Below the pieces are notes generated by a model, which was not told the DNA's origin, did no database searches, and saw only the letters and a list, made by a program, of their open reading frames with translations. Position numbers and translations under genes: made by a program. A stretch of DNA of 40,870 nucleotides, taken from positions 1,729,160 through 1,770,029 of the forward strand of contig CP070758.1 in the NCBI GenBank assembly GCA_020348925.1. The letters run 5' to 3'. This document shows, in pieces, positions 8,715 to 19,558 of the stretch (the stretch's first letter is position 1; the number at the start of each line of letters is the position of its first letter). The DNA comes from Gemmatimonadota bacterium (GTDB lineage Bacteria > JBHIER01 > G020348925).

Positions 8715-10706
8715 ATGGAGGAGAGGAAACAGGCTACACTGCCCGAAAATGCTTACACTCCGTTGAAGGAAGGCGAAGAATATCTTCCCTATATCCCCCC
8801 CACTCAATCTCCGCCCGAGATCACAACCCGTTCGATCTTCTGGGGGGTGCTCATGGCGGCCATCTTCACCGCCGCTGCCGCCTATCTGGGGCTGAAGATC
8901 GGCCAGGTCTTCGAAGCCGCCATTCCGATTGCTATCCTCGCAGTGGGCCTCGCCGGGATGTACGCCAGACGCAGTACCATTCTGGAAAACGTCATCATCC
9001 AATCCATCGGAGGCGCCTCCGGTGTTATCGTCGCCGGCGCCATCTTCACCATCCCGGCCCTGTACATCCTGGAGCTGAACGCCAACTTCTTTCAGATTTT
9101 TCTGGCTTCTCTCTTCGGTGGCTTCCTGGGAATCCTATTTCTTGTGCCCCTTCGGAAATACTTCTGCGCCGATCAACACGGATTGCTCCCCTTCCCCGAA
9201 GCAACGGCCATCACCGAGGTGCTGGTCACCGGAGAGGCTGGTGGTGAACAGGCCAAAGTCCTCATCTGGGCGTCGCTGCTGGGAGGCTTGTACGACTTCT
9301 GCATCGCCAGCTTCCATCTGTGGAGCGAGATCGTCTCGACACGCGTTCTCCCCTGGGGAGCGGCTCTGGCGGATAGGGCCAAGCTGATCATCCGGGTCAA
9401 CGCCGGGGCTGCCGTCATGGGCTTGGGCTACATCATCGGTCTGCGATATGCGGCCATCATCTGCGCCGGAAGTTTCGTCTCCTGGCTCGTCATCATCCCG
9501 GCCATCTGGTATTTCGGCCAGCACCTGACAGGCATCACCATCATTCCCGGCGATGTTCCCATAGCCGGCATGAGCCCTGAGGATATCTTCTACAACTACG
9601 TCCGCCACATCGGCATCGGCGGTATCGCCTGCGCCGGTGTGATCGGTATCATCAAGAACATTAAAATCATTGTCGGTGCGTTTTCTCTGGGATTCAAGGA
9701 AATTTTCAGTGGGAAGATCACCAGCGCTGAAACCGAAGTTCGGACGCAAAAGGATATTCCCATGTCGGCCCTGATCCTCATCATCGGTCTCTCACTGATC
9801 TGCATTCTCCTCTTCTTCCGCGGATTTGTCGTGGATGGCTGGGGATTTGCCCTTGTTGCCCTTCTACTGGCCATGATCATCGGCTTTCTGTTTACGACCG
9901 TAGCGGCCCGGGCCACCGCCATTGTGGGCGTAAATCCTGTCTCAGGGATGACGCTGATGACCTTGATTCTCTCCTCGGTCATACTGGTGAAATTGGGGTT
10001 GTCCGGTCCCGGCGGCATGGTTTCGGCTCTGATTATTGGCACGGTGGTCTGCACCGCTCTGTCCATGTCCGGCGGGTTCATCACGGATTTGAAGACCGGG
10101 TACTGGCTGGGCTCGACGCCGCAAAATCAGGAGCGCTTCAAGTTCCTGGGCACGCTGGTGGCAGCCCTGTGCGTCGGAGGCGTGGTCCTCCTTTTGAACA
10201 AAACGAACGGCTTCGTACCGGGTCCTGAGCACCCAAATCCTCTGGCCGCCCCTCAGGCCAATGCCATGGCAGCCATTTTAAGGGTTCTTTTCGGAGCACA
10301 GGCCCCGTGGGGGTTGTATGTGGCGGGGATTTTTATGGCTCTGGTCATGGAAATTTTAAAAATTTCTCCTCTGGCCTTCGCCCTGGGGATGTATCTGCCT
10401 ATCGAGCTGAACACTCCCCTTCTCATCGGCGGTATCGTCGCCCACGTCGTTTCCACTCGAAGCAAGGACGAAGCCTTGAACAAAGCCAGGCGAGAGAAAG
10501 GGACGCTCATTGCCTCGGGTTTCATCGCCGGAGGGGCGCTCATGGGAGTGATCAGTGCCGTTCTTACCCTTGTGTTCGCGGAACGACTGCATACCGGTAT
10601 CGCCGAAAGAGGCATCGGTGAATGGATTTCCATTATATTCTTCATCGGCCTGTGCCTGTTCATGTACTATTGGGCTAAAGGAGCGAAGAAGGACACCGGT
10701 ATATAA
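8715..10706 (+). CDS. OPT-family oligopeptide transporter
   Basis: YLGLKIGQVFEAAIPIAI, LPFPEATA, NPVSGMTL, DLKTGYWLGSTP and APQANAM motifs; many TM helices; AGGAGG RBS. Confidence 0.95.
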   Translation: MEERKQATLPENAYTPLKEGEEYLPYIPPTQSPPEITTRSIFWGVLMAAIFTAAAAYLGLKIGQVFEAAIPIAILAVGLAGMYARRSTILENVIIQSIGGASGVIVAGAIFTIPALYILELNANFFQIFLASLFGGFLGILFLVPLRKYFCADQHGLLPFPEATAITEVLVTGEAGGEQAKVLIWASLLGGLYDFCIASFHLWSEIVSTRVLPWGAALADRAKLIIRVNAGAAVMGLGYIIGLRYAAIICAGSFVSWLVIIPAIWYFGQHLTGITIIPGDVPIAGMSPEDIFYNYVRHIGIGGIACAGVIGIIKNIKIIVGAFSLGFKEIFSGKITSAETEVRTQKDIPMSALILIIGLSLICILLFFRGFVVDGWGFALVALLLAMIIGFLFTTVAARATAIVGVNPVSGMTLMTLILSSVILVKLGLSGPGGMVSALIIGTVVCTALSMSGGFITDLKTGYWLGSTPQNQERFKFLGTLVAALCVGGVVLLLNKTNGFVPGPEHPNPLAAPQANAMAAILRVLFGAQAPWGLYVAGIFMALVMEILKISPLAFALGMYLPIELNTPLLIGGIVAHVVSTRSKDEALNKARREKGTLIASGFIAGGALMGVISAVLTLVFAERLHTGIAERGIGEWISIIFFIGLCLFMYYWAKGAKKDTGI

Positions 10707-10765
10707 GGAGGAAACCAGGGGTAAGACGGTTCAAATGGTCGGCTGTCCAGATTACGCCCGGGGCT

Positions 10766-10971
10766 ATGTATGTTAAGGACGGGCAATTGAACAGAGTTGA
10801 GAGTGAAGACCTCGATCTCTCATCGCCTTTGGGAACAATGAAGGGATGCCCGGCGACCGGAACACATCCAGCATCCACCGCGACGACCCCTTTCACAATC
10901 CGACCATGACCGTTACGTATGTCGATGGAAATCTGCGGCTTTTAATTATGGAGGGAAAATTCCCGTTATAA
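10766..10971 (+). pseudogene. Degenerate fragment resembling the C-terminus of an M29-type aminopeptidase
   Basis: One frame ending at TAA 10969-10971 reads LIAFGNNEGMPGDRNTSSIHRDDPFHNPTMTVTYVDGNLRLLIMEGKFPL, which resembles the H-x-A-x-G...S-x-x-H-x-D...P-T...DG pattern. No intact start; frames are broken upstream. Confidence 0.45.
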
Positions 10972-11012
10972 ACACGTCCCAAGTCATGGGTTTCAATTCT
11001 CAGAATGTAGGC

Positions 11013-11043
11013 TGGGGTAGGAGGCAGGCTCCTACCCCATTTC
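11013..11043 (+). terminator. GC-rich hairpin, probable terminator
   Basis: TGGGGTAGGAG-gcagg-CTCCTACCCCA perfect 11-bp stem followed by a short T run. Confidence 0.6.
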
Positions 11044-11140
11044 AGTCTGGAAGTGGATAATCAGAGCGGAATCGCTTTCCGTCCACGAACCGTGGTGGTT
11101 CTTGGTGATGCACCGTCCATCCGATACCTCCGAAAAAAAC

Positions 11141-11169
11141 TTGACATATTGCACGCAGTGCGTTATAAT
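11141..11169 (+). promoter_or_regulatory. Consensus sigma70 promoter upstream of the GWxTD gene
   Basis: Perfect TTGACA-N17-TATAAT. Confidence 0.85.
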
Positions 11170-11250
11170 ATGGCTGTATCTTTGATACATGAGAGGGGAA
11201 AAACCAAGGATGGTGCTTCGATGAAATCCTGACATACAGGAGCCAGTTAT

Positions 11251-12678
11251 ATGATGAACAAAAGAGTACGTGTTGACCGAGTTTCATCTTTCGCCATAAG
11301 CATGCTCACCGCATTTTCTCTGGTTCTCCAATCACATGTTGCACTCAGTGCCGACATCTCAAAAGCATCGAAGGGTGATGTGCGGTTTTTTATGGACTGG
11401 GCGGGATTTAAATCCTTTCAAGATAATAGAAAATCATACGTTGAGTTTTACGTAACCCTCTCGCGGGACCAACTCACGTTCAGTCAAATGGAAACCGGAT
11501 ATGCCGGAGCCTATGAGATCGAAATCATCCTCGATCGTGAGGGTCGAAAACCAGAGAAAAAAAGCTGGCTCGGCGCCGCCCAAATCGATTCTCTCGAGGA
11601 AGCATCGCAGAAGATTTCTTTGTTCGATGTAAACTACTTCCTGTTGGAGCCAGGACACTATACCTTATCAGCGAAAGTGGCGGATCTCAATTCGGGATTG
11701 AAGGGGTCCTATGTCGAACGATTGACGATTCCCAAATTCAAGGAGAAAGAACTCGGTCTGAGCCAGATCGAATTCGCCTCTCGGATCGAAGCGGTCGCTT
11801 CACAGAACAAATTCGTAAAAAATGGCGTGTTCGTTCTTCCGAATCCCCTGCACCTTTATGGAATCCAACTGCCGGCTGTCTTTTTCTACGCGGAAGTATA
11901 TAACTTACAGCATTCGGAGGGCGACACCTCGACGTATACGATCCAATATGACATCATCGACTCCACTGACACGGTCGTGAAACCGAGCTCACCGCGGACG
12001 TTCAGAAAGAACAGCACATCCGCGGTGGTAACTGAACAGACGAGCTGTGTCACACTGGGGACGGGAAAGTATACATTGAAACTGAACGTCACGGATAATG
12101 AGACCGGGGAACAGGCGACTCAAGAGGGAACATTTCAAGTCCGAATGCCACGGCGACCCGTGTCTGCTCAGGGTGAAAGTGATTCCTTATTGAACGAGGA
12201 ACAAGCGCAGCTGAACCGTAATATCATCTCGTATATTGCTACTCGTAAGGAGCTTCAGCTGTACGATGATTTCAATCTCGACGGGAAAAAAGCGTTTCTG
12301 GAGAAATTCTGGTCGGATCGCGATCCGACTCCAGGAACGGAGATCAACGAATTCAAAGAAGATCATCACAAGAGATTTGCTTTCGCCAACATCAATTTTC
12401 AATCCACAACTCAGAAGGAGGGGTGGAAAACAGACATGGGACGAATTTACATACTCTACGGTCCTCCCCATGACATCGAAAGACACACAGCCGATGCCGA
12501 ATCCAATGCCTGGGAAAAATGGATCTACGAAAGCCTCAAAGACCAAGGAAACGTCTTCTTCATTCTCGGGGATCTGGAGGGTTTCGGAAGATACACACTC
12601 CTCCACTCAAACCTGAGGGGAGAGAAGTACGATGAAAATTGGGAACAGTGGATCAATCGCTATCGAGGACGATATTAA
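11251..12678 (+). CDS. GWxTD domain-containing secreted protein
   Basis: Signal peptide; FWSDRDPTPGTEINE and GWKTDMGRIYILYGPP motifs. Confidence 0.92.
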   Translation: MMNKRVRVDRVSSFAISMLTAFSLVLQSHVALSADISKASKGDVRFFMDWAGFKSFQDNRKSYVEFYVTLSRDQLTFSQMETGYAGAYEIEIILDREGRKPEKKSWLGAAQIDSLEEASQKISLFDVNYFLLEPGHYTLSAKVADLNSGLKGSYVERLTIPKFKEKELGLSQIEFASRIEAVASQNKFVKNGVFVLPNPLHLYGIQLPAVFFYAEVYNLQHSEGDTSTYTIQYDIIDSTDTVVKPSSPRTFRKNSTSAVVTEQTSCVTLGTGKYTLKLNVTDNETGEQATQEGTFQVRMPRRPVSAQGESDSLLNEEQAQLNRNIISYIATRKELQLYDDFNLDGKKAFLEKFWSDRDPTPGTEINEFKEDHHKRFAFANINFQSTTQKEGWKTDMGRIYILYGPPHDIERHTADAESNAWEKWIYESLKDQGNVFFILGDLEGFGRYTLLHSNLRGEKYDENWEQWINRYRGRY

Positions 12679-12746
12679 CGGCAAAAAAGCAACGACTATC
12701 GTACCTGCGACCGTATGACCCCACATCGACCATCCCACGAAACTCG

Positions 12747-15267
12747 ATGAACAAAACCAACAGAGATGGCCGGAAAATCATTTTCATCGGAGCGGTCCCA
12801 TTTGTTCTGAGCTTCTCAGTCTATATCCTCAGCCTTTGTCCAACTGTCTACTGGTACGATTCAGGCGAACTCATTTCGGCCTGTTTCAATCTGGGTATCG
12901 CTCATCCCACGGGGTATCCCCTTTACACTGTAGCAGGTCGGATTTTCAGCCTGCTCCCCTTCGGCCATCCGGCATTCCGGATAAACCTGCTATCGGCCCT
13001 CTTCGGCTCGCTGACAGTCGTCATCGTGTATGCTATCACAAAAGAAGTGTTGGCAATTATCTGGGGTAAAAATAACCGCCCAGACAACGGTCGCAGATTT
13101 ACTCTCATGTGCCGAGAAGACATGCCAGCCATTGTTGCCTCCCTCACCTTCGCATTTTCCCCCCTCTTGTGGACCCAGACTCTCATGGCTGAAGTGTACA
13201 CCCTCCATACATTCTTCATCGCTCTCCTCATACTCTGTCTGTTTCGATGGTCGCAATCGTCTGGTTTATCCTCCAGCCATTCCGAAGAAGAGTATCAACC
13301 CGACAATCGGAACCGTGGCGAAAAGGCGAGACGCAATTATAGATACGTGTACCTCTTCAGTTTCATCTTAGGTCTGAGTCTCTGTCATCATCTTACGACG
13401 CTTCTCTTCCTTCCCGCCTTTTTCTTTTTTTTTTCTGGCCACGGATTTTCAAACATCCAGGAATGTAAAAATGCTCACCACCGCCTTTCTCTTTTTTCTC
13501 TTGGGGCTTTCGGCGGACCTTTATCTTCTCCTTCGAGCCCGACTCGATCCCATTCAAAACTGGGGAGATCCCGGAACGTGGGAGCGACTTCTCGATGTCG
13601 TCATCGGGGCGGAGATACGGACCCGCCCCACCCGATATGCGGCCCATACGATTACTGAACTCTTCACCCTTCTTGGAAAACAATTTCTGCTGCCCGGCAC
13701 AGCTCTGGGAGCCATCGGAATCCTTTCGACGATAAGGAGAAAAAAAACTGTCTTCGTTTTCTTCACACTTTTTTTTATGGGCATGGCTCTCTATATCCTC
13801 AGGAACTATGATTTCTTAGAGGATCAATATCTGCCCGTCTTTCTCGTCTTTTCGGTCTGGATAGGTTTGGGGGCACACGAGATTCTCTCTTTTACTGCTT
13901 CGATACGAGCGGCAAACTATTCGCACATGAAGGCTTTCATCGGCCCGGTGATATCCGTTCTGATTCTGAGCGTACCCTTTTCTCTTCTTGCCCTGAACTA
14001 TACCTCTGTTGATAAACACGACCATCGGGTCGCGTACAACTTCGGGGAAAAAATACTGGAACACCTCGATGAGGGAGCAATTTTTCTATCGGAGGGTTCA
14101 AACATACCCCTTCTGCTCGATTATTTCCAGCGGGTGGAGGGGCGTCGAACCGACGTGGCCAACGTCTATCTCTTTCTCATGGAGTTCGACTGGTATCGGG
14201 TACAGCTGTCCCAAAGATTTCCGAATATCTCGGTTCCCATCCTTCCGGACAACATCGTGCTTCGTCTCATCGAACAGAATGTGAAGGATCGCTCCGTCTA
14301 TTACGTCCCTTTTTCGAAGGAACCGAACGTCGACGTCGGTCGCCTCATACCCCATGGTCTCTTTTTCCGCATTGAGCAAAAGCAAACGATTCCGAGTCGA
14401 AGCGAACTTGAGGAACATTTTCTTTTTCAGGGTCGTTTCTACAGCACTTTAACAAGATCCCTGGATCAGGACAGCAAAGACATTCTGGCCCAGCTCCACG
14501 GGACTATGGGGCTCTACTTCGAGCGGATCGGTATGTACGATGAGGCATACAAGGAATACACCAAGGCATTGGAAATCGATTCGCTGAACCCCGGGGTCCA
14601 TTACGACCTTGGCTCCCTGGCCATGGGGCGAGGCTCTTTTAAAGAAGCCATCCAAGATTTTCAAAAGGTGTTGGAGTTCGAACCGTCGAACGTCACCACC
14701 CGCTATTTATTGGCCCAATGTTATGCGCATGACGGCCAATTGATCCCGGCACTTCGAGAAATGGAGGAAGTTGTCCGGACCGAACCGCATGAACCCCTTT
14801 TTCATACCGAGCTCGGAACGCTGTACGGACAGATGGGACGGACAGAGCTGGCCATCGAGCAGTTCCGCCAGGCGTTGGAATACGATCCGTACAACGCGGA
14901 TATTTTATATAACTTGGGCATTGCGGAGGCACTCTCAGACCACCTGGATATGGCCCTACAACACCTCAAGCAGGCGGAGCAACAAGATACGAACCGTACC
15001 GAAATAACCTATGCTCTCGCATCCTCCTATGCCCAAAAGAGGGATTTCCGCGAGGCAGAATATTACTATCTCAGAACCCTGAAACTCGGCGGACAACAAC
15101 CGTCTGTTCTCAGGGATCTGGGCTATCTTTATGCTGAAAGCGGTAACGCGGTCAAAGCCATCGAAACATGGGAGGCGGCCTTGGCTCTTGATCCGAGCAA
15201 CGCCCAGCTGCAGCATGAACTCGTCCGTCTCAGGCACAGAATGAGAACAGACGGGAAACCGGATTGA
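12747..15267 (+). pseudogene. DUF2723 (TMEM260-like GT-C glycosyltransferase) plus TPR protein, frameshifted in a T10 tract
   Basis: The N-terminal part has DSGELI..AHPTGYPLY, AEVYTL and LSLCHH. The C-terminal part has LYLLLRA..NWGDP and a TPR array. Removing one T from 13425-13434 joins the two frames (PAFFFFFLATDFQTSRNVKMLTTAF). Confidence 0.85.
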
Positions 15268-15279
15268 AAAGGAGGGAGT

Positions 15280-15627
15280 ATGAACGTCAAACACCTCGAC
15301 GAGATACCGATTCACACTGTTACGATGCATGGCGCCGAGGGTGTCAAAGTGCGCCGACTCATTTCCGACCTCGACGGTGCCGAGCATTTTGCCATGCGCC
15401 TGTTTGAATTGGAGCCGGGAGGACACACCCCTCTTCACACTCATGATTGGGAACATGAGATTTATATCTTAGATGGAACGGGAATCGTTCATTACGAAGG
15501 GCAAGATTATCCAATGACGTCCGGGACCGTTCTTCTTGTACCCGGTGGAAAGGAGCATCGGTTCCGAAACACCGGCCAAACGCCCCTCCGGTTTTTGTGT
15601 ATCGTACCCCTGAGAGGAGATGTTTAA
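15280..15627 (+). CDS. Cupin domain protein
   Basis: PGGHTPLHTHDWEHEIYILDG and PGGKEHRFRN cupin motifs; AGGAGGG RBS. Confidence 0.9.
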   Translation: MNVKHLDEIPIHTVTMHGAEGVKVRRLISDLDGAEHFAMRLFELEPGGHTPLHTHDWEHEIYILDGTGIVHYEGQDYPMTSGTVLLVPGGKEHRFRNTGQTPLRFLCIVPLRGDV

Positions 15628-15686
15628 GGATTTTCATATTGAGTATCAACACGTCAGCATGGAAGGTCCCTACTGTTGGAATCCGG

Positions 15687-15715
15687 TTGACAATAGAACA
15701 TTGTCATGGTATATT
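15687..15715 (+). promoter_or_regulatory. Putative sigma70 promoter with overlapping inverted repeat
   Basis: TTGACA-N17-TATATT with a TGn extension; TGACAA-N7-TTGTCA palindrome at 15688-15706. Confidence 0.7.
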
Positions 15716-15762
15716 GTGCGAGTAAATTTTAGGGTCCGGCAACATTTTCAACGATTTTCAGG

Positions 15763-17586
15763 ATGTATGCATTGAAAAAAACATCTTTTTACATCTGTCT
15801 CTTTTCACTCCTCCTTGCATGTGTACCTTCTTCACAGGGTGCTGATCTTGATACGAAGAAATTCATGCCGGTCGATGAAGTACGACCCGGTATGAGCGGA
15901 TACGGGCTGACGGTCTTCTCCGGGATCGAGATTGACACGTTTCAGGCTGACATTATCGGTGTTCTCAAAAAAGTCACTCCAAAGGGGGATCTTATTCTGG
16001 CCCGATTGAGCGGTGGCCCTTTGGAAAAAACAGGCGTCCCTGCGGGCGTCAGCGGCAGTCCTGTCTATATCGAAGGCAGGTTGATCGGCGCAGCCGCTTT
16101 CGGCTGGCTCTTCGCCAAGGAACCCATTGCCGGCATCACCCCCATTGGTGAGATGCTCGATCTGTGGGCGCTCCCCTTCGAGCCGAAAGATCATCGAGAG
16201 CCAGGCTCCCTGGGATTCGACATGTCCGGAGAGAGTCCCATCGAAACCATTCCCGTCCCAGAGGATTTCCTCGCAGAATCACGGATTGCGGTTCCACCTG
16301 AAGGGACTTTTCTGAGACAGTGGGGTGCACCTTTGGCCGTGGCCGGTTTTGACGATCGGCTCATTGAATCGATGACGCCAATCTTCGAGCGATTCGGCCT
16401 CACTCCGGTTCAGGGGGGCGCCACCTCGGACGAAAAGGACGCACCCCCTCTTGCACCGGGATCGGCAGTGACGGCCCAATTGGTTCGGGGTGACGCCAGC
16501 ATCAGTGCTGTCGGTACGGTGACCTATCGGGAGGACGACAGAGTGCTCGCCTTCGGCCATCCCCTCTTCCGTGCAGGCGGGATCGATCTGCCCATGACCG
16601 GGGGCGTCGTGCACACCGTTCTCGCCTCCCAGCAGCGCTCCTTCAAGATGGCCTCCCCCACAGCGTTGTGCGGCTCCTTTCGGCAGGACAGAAGGACCGG
16701 TGCAGCGGGACAGGTCGGCCTCGATCCGAAAATGATCCCCTGCGATATAGAAATCATCGGTCACCATTCCGGGCCGTCCGAGCGATACACCTTCGAGCTG
16801 GCCGACGACCCCCTCTTCACCCCCAACCTCCTGGGTTGGACCGCGACGAACGCGCTTCTCGCCAACGGCCAACTCGTGGGCAGAACAACAGTCAAAGTCC
16901 GGGCGACCTTTTCACTGAAGCATCAGACTCCGATCACTCTTGAAAATTTCTATTCCGGCGATCTGACGGCACTGGTGGCTGCCTTGGGGGCAGCTTCCCC
17001 CCTCGCCCTGCTCATGAACAACCCTTTTGAAGAGCTGGATATCGACAACATCTCGCTCACCCTCTGGCCCGAGGAGGAATTACGGTTTGCCGTTATCGAG
17101 GGTCTGCGCACGGATAAAGACTCGGTCAAGCCAGGGGAATCTTTGAATATAACCATTATCATCAAACCGTACCTCGGTTCTGCCATAGTGAAAGAGATGA
17201 CCTTGACGATCCCCGAGGATACACCTGACGGCGTCGTATATATACTTGCCGCGGATGCAAAGACGATCGCAGCCCGGGAAAAATCGAGAGCACCCTACAA
17301 CTATCGACCTGAAAACCTAAAGCAGCTCATCGCACTCTTAGAGGAGCAAGTGCGGAACAATGAAATTGTCGTCTCCAGCTACAAGCCGTTTCACGGAATT
17401 ACAATAAAAGGTGAAGAGCTTCCCTCACCACCAACCTCTCTCCTGAGCGTCATGACCTCCTCCAAGGAGAAGGGAGAAACAGGACCGACGAGGGGCATCA
17501 TCCTCGATGAAGAGCGAATAATGACGGACCACTTCATTGTCGGTCATCAAACCTTAACCCTCACAGTTGACCAGAAGGCTAAGTAG
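15763..17586 (+). CDS. SpoIVB-like peptidase S55 domain protein (secreted)
   Basis: PGMSGYGLTVFSG, AGVSGSPVYIEGRLIGA, GITPI and AFGHP motifs; N-terminal signal peptide. Confidence 0.88.
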   Translation: MYALKKTSFYICLFSLLLACVPSSQGADLDTKKFMPVDEVRPGMSGYGLTVFSGIEIDTFQADIIGVLKKVTPKGDLILARLSGGPLEKTGVPAGVSGSPVYIEGRLIGAAAFGWLFAKEPIAGITPIGEMLDLWALPFEPKDHREPGSLGFDMSGESPIETIPVPEDFLAESRIAVPPEGTFLRQWGAPLAVAGFDDRLIESMTPIFERFGLTPVQGGATSDEKDAPPLAPGSAVTAQLVRGDASISAVGTVTYREDDRVLAFGHPLFRAGGIDLPMTGGVVHTVLASQQRSFKMASPTALCGSFRQDRRTGAAGQVGLDPKMIPCDIEIIGHHSGPSERYTFELADDPLFTPNLLGWTATNALLANGQLVGRTTVKVRATFSLKHQTPITLENFYSGDLTALVAALGAASPLALLMNNPFEELDIDNISLTLWPEEELRFAVIEGLRTDKDSVKPGESLNITIIIKPYLGSAIVKEMTLTIPEDTPDGVVYILAADAKTIAAREKSRAPYNYRPENLKQLIALLEEQVRNNEIVVSSYKPFHGITIKGEELPSPPTSLLSVMTSSKEKGETGPTRGIILDEERIMTDHFIVGHQTLTLTVDQKAK

Positions 17587-17602
17587 CTCATTTTTCTTCT
17601 TT

Positions 17603-19558
17603 ATGAAAGACACAGAATCCGGCGCTCTACACAATCTTAAGAATAATGAGACAAAAACTTACGAGGAATTAGGCCTCAAGGCAGGCGTCGAGATTCACCA
17701 GCAGCTTCTCACGGACCGAAAGCTCTTCTGCCGGTGTCCGGCGGGTATCTATACAGAGGATCACGACGGTGAGGTGCTTCGTCACATGCGTCCGACCCTT
17801 TCCGAGCTGGGTGAATACGACGGCACGGCCCTGATGGAATTCAAAACGAAAAAGCAGGTCCTTTATCTCTTGCACAGAGATTCGGTGTGCACCTATGAAA
17901 TGGATGACACCCCGCCGTTTCTTGTCAACCAGCAGGCCCTCGACATCGCCATCGAAATCGCCCTCCTTCTGGGGTGTACCATCATTGACGAGATGCATGT
18001 CGCCCGCAAACAGTATCTGGACGGCAGCATTCCCACAGGATTTCAACGGACAGCAATTGTCGGTGTCGGAGGATCTCTGCCCTATAATGGGCGAACGATC
18101 GGGATCCGGCAGGTGAACCTCGAGGAGGACGCCTGCCGTGAGGTGAACGATTGCGGTCACACCATTACCTTCAGGACAGACAGGCTCGGAATGCCGTTAG
18201 GGGAAGTGATCACTGAGGCTGAAATGCATACTCCTGAAGACGTAGCCGGCGTTATCGAACAGCTGGGTCGTCTCATGAGGGTTACCGGAAAAATACGGCG
18301 GGGCATCGGGTCCGTGCGCCAGGATGTCAATGTCAGTATCACCGGTGGTACCCGTGTCGAGATCAAAGGGGTCCCGCAAATCCCCTGGGTGGCCCCGTTG
18401 GTGCACAACGAGGCTTGGCGACAGAAAGCACTGCTGGAGCTGCGGGAGGAACTTCGCCGCCGGGGGATCTCATCCGGGACACTCCGCTACGAGATTCATA
18501 AACTGTCAGAGGTGTTCAGGCAGAGCCGATACCCTCCGCTCCGAAAAGCGGTGGAGAATGGGGAGACCATTCGCGGCATAAAAATCTGCGGCATCCGCGG
18601 TCTGTTAAACTTCCCGGTTCAACCAGGAATAACGTTTGCCGACGAGATTGCCGGCCGGGTGCGGGTTATCGCCTGTCTGGATACACCCCCGATACTCATA
18701 AACACTGATGATTTTCCTAAGTACGACGGCCAGGAGCGCGAACTCACTGCTATCCGGGAAACGTTTCACTTGGGCATCCCGGATGCGGTCCTCATCTGTC
18801 ACGGTTCAGACAGGGACACGAACACGGCGGTGGACGAGATTCGGCTTCGGATAGCAGATGCCATTGAAGGCGTACCGAATGAGACACGGCAGGCTTTCTC
18901 CAACGGCACCACCGATTTTGAACGCATTCTCCCTGGGCCAGACCGGATGTATCCGGACACCGACCATCCGCCGGTAAAAATAACCGAGTACCGGGTACGT
19001 AGAATCTTGCGGAGAGTTCCTGAGAAACCTTGGGTGCGAGGGGACAGTTATCTTCGTATGGGCGTATCCGAACACATTGTGAAGGAAGTGGCCGAATCTC
19101 CCCGGGCCACATTTTTCGATAGAGCTGTGCGAGATCTCGATCTTGGATCAAAGCTGATTGCGGAACTTCTTGTGGGGAAGATGAAAGCCTTGCGCCGGTC
19201 CGGGATTCCAGTCGAGGCCATCACCGACGAAAAGTTGTTCGATTTTTTTTCTGAGATGGCCCGTGGGGGGGTCTATCGAGAAGGATCAGAGTCAATTCTC
19301 ACCACTATGGCTTGGAATCCTGATCTCTCGGTAAAAGAGATTTTGGAGAAATTGGATATGACTCCGTGGTCCGAGGAGGCTTTCAGGGATCTCGTTGCCG
19401 ACGTCCTCTCCCGTCATCCTGACGAGGGGGGGAAAAATCCTTGTTCGCACGACAAGTTTGTGAGAATCGTAATGGGCGAGGTGATGAGAGAAGTTCGAGG
19501 GAGGTTTTCTGGGCGGGGTGCCGCCGATCTTGTGAGAGAAATAATGGAGGAGGAATGA
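17603..19558 (+). CDS. gatE: Glu-tRNA(Gln) amidotransferase subunit E
   Basis: GLKAGVEIHQQL..KLFCRCP, RPTLSELGEYD, EMDDTPP, DGSIPTGFQRT, RRGIGSVRQDVNVSI and PGPDRMYPDTD, plus the large central insertion typical of GatE rather than GatB. Confidence 0.93.
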   Translation: MKDTESGALHNLKNNETKTYEELGLKAGVEIHQQLLTDRKLFCRCPAGIYTEDHDGEVLRHMRPTLSELGEYDGTALMEFKTKKQVLYLLHRDSVCTYEMDDTPPFLVNQQALDIAIEIALLLGCTIIDEMHVARKQYLDGSIPTGFQRTAIVGVGGSLPYNGRTIGIRQVNLEEDACREVNDCGHTITFRTDRLGMPLGEVITEAEMHTPEDVAGVIEQLGRLMRVTGKIRRGIGSVRQDVNVSITGGTRVEIKGVPQIPWVAPLVHNEAWRQKALLELREELRRRGISSGTLRYEIHKLSEVFRQSRYPPLRKAVENGETIRGIKICGIRGLLNFPVQPGITFADEIAGRVRVIACLDTPPILINTDDFPKYDGQERELTAIRETFHLGIPDAVLICHGSDRDTNTAVDEIRLRIADAIEGVPNETRQAFSNGTTDFERILPGPDRMYPDTDHPPVKITEYRVRRILRRVPEKPWVRGDSYLRMGVSEHIVKEVAESPRATFFDRAVRDLDLGSKLIAELLVGKMKALRRSGIPVEAITDEKLFDFFSEMARGGVYREGSESILTTMAWNPDLSVKEILEKLDMTPWSEEAFRDLVADVLSRHPDEGGKNPCSHDKFVRIVMGEVMREVRGRFSGRGAADLVREIMEEE

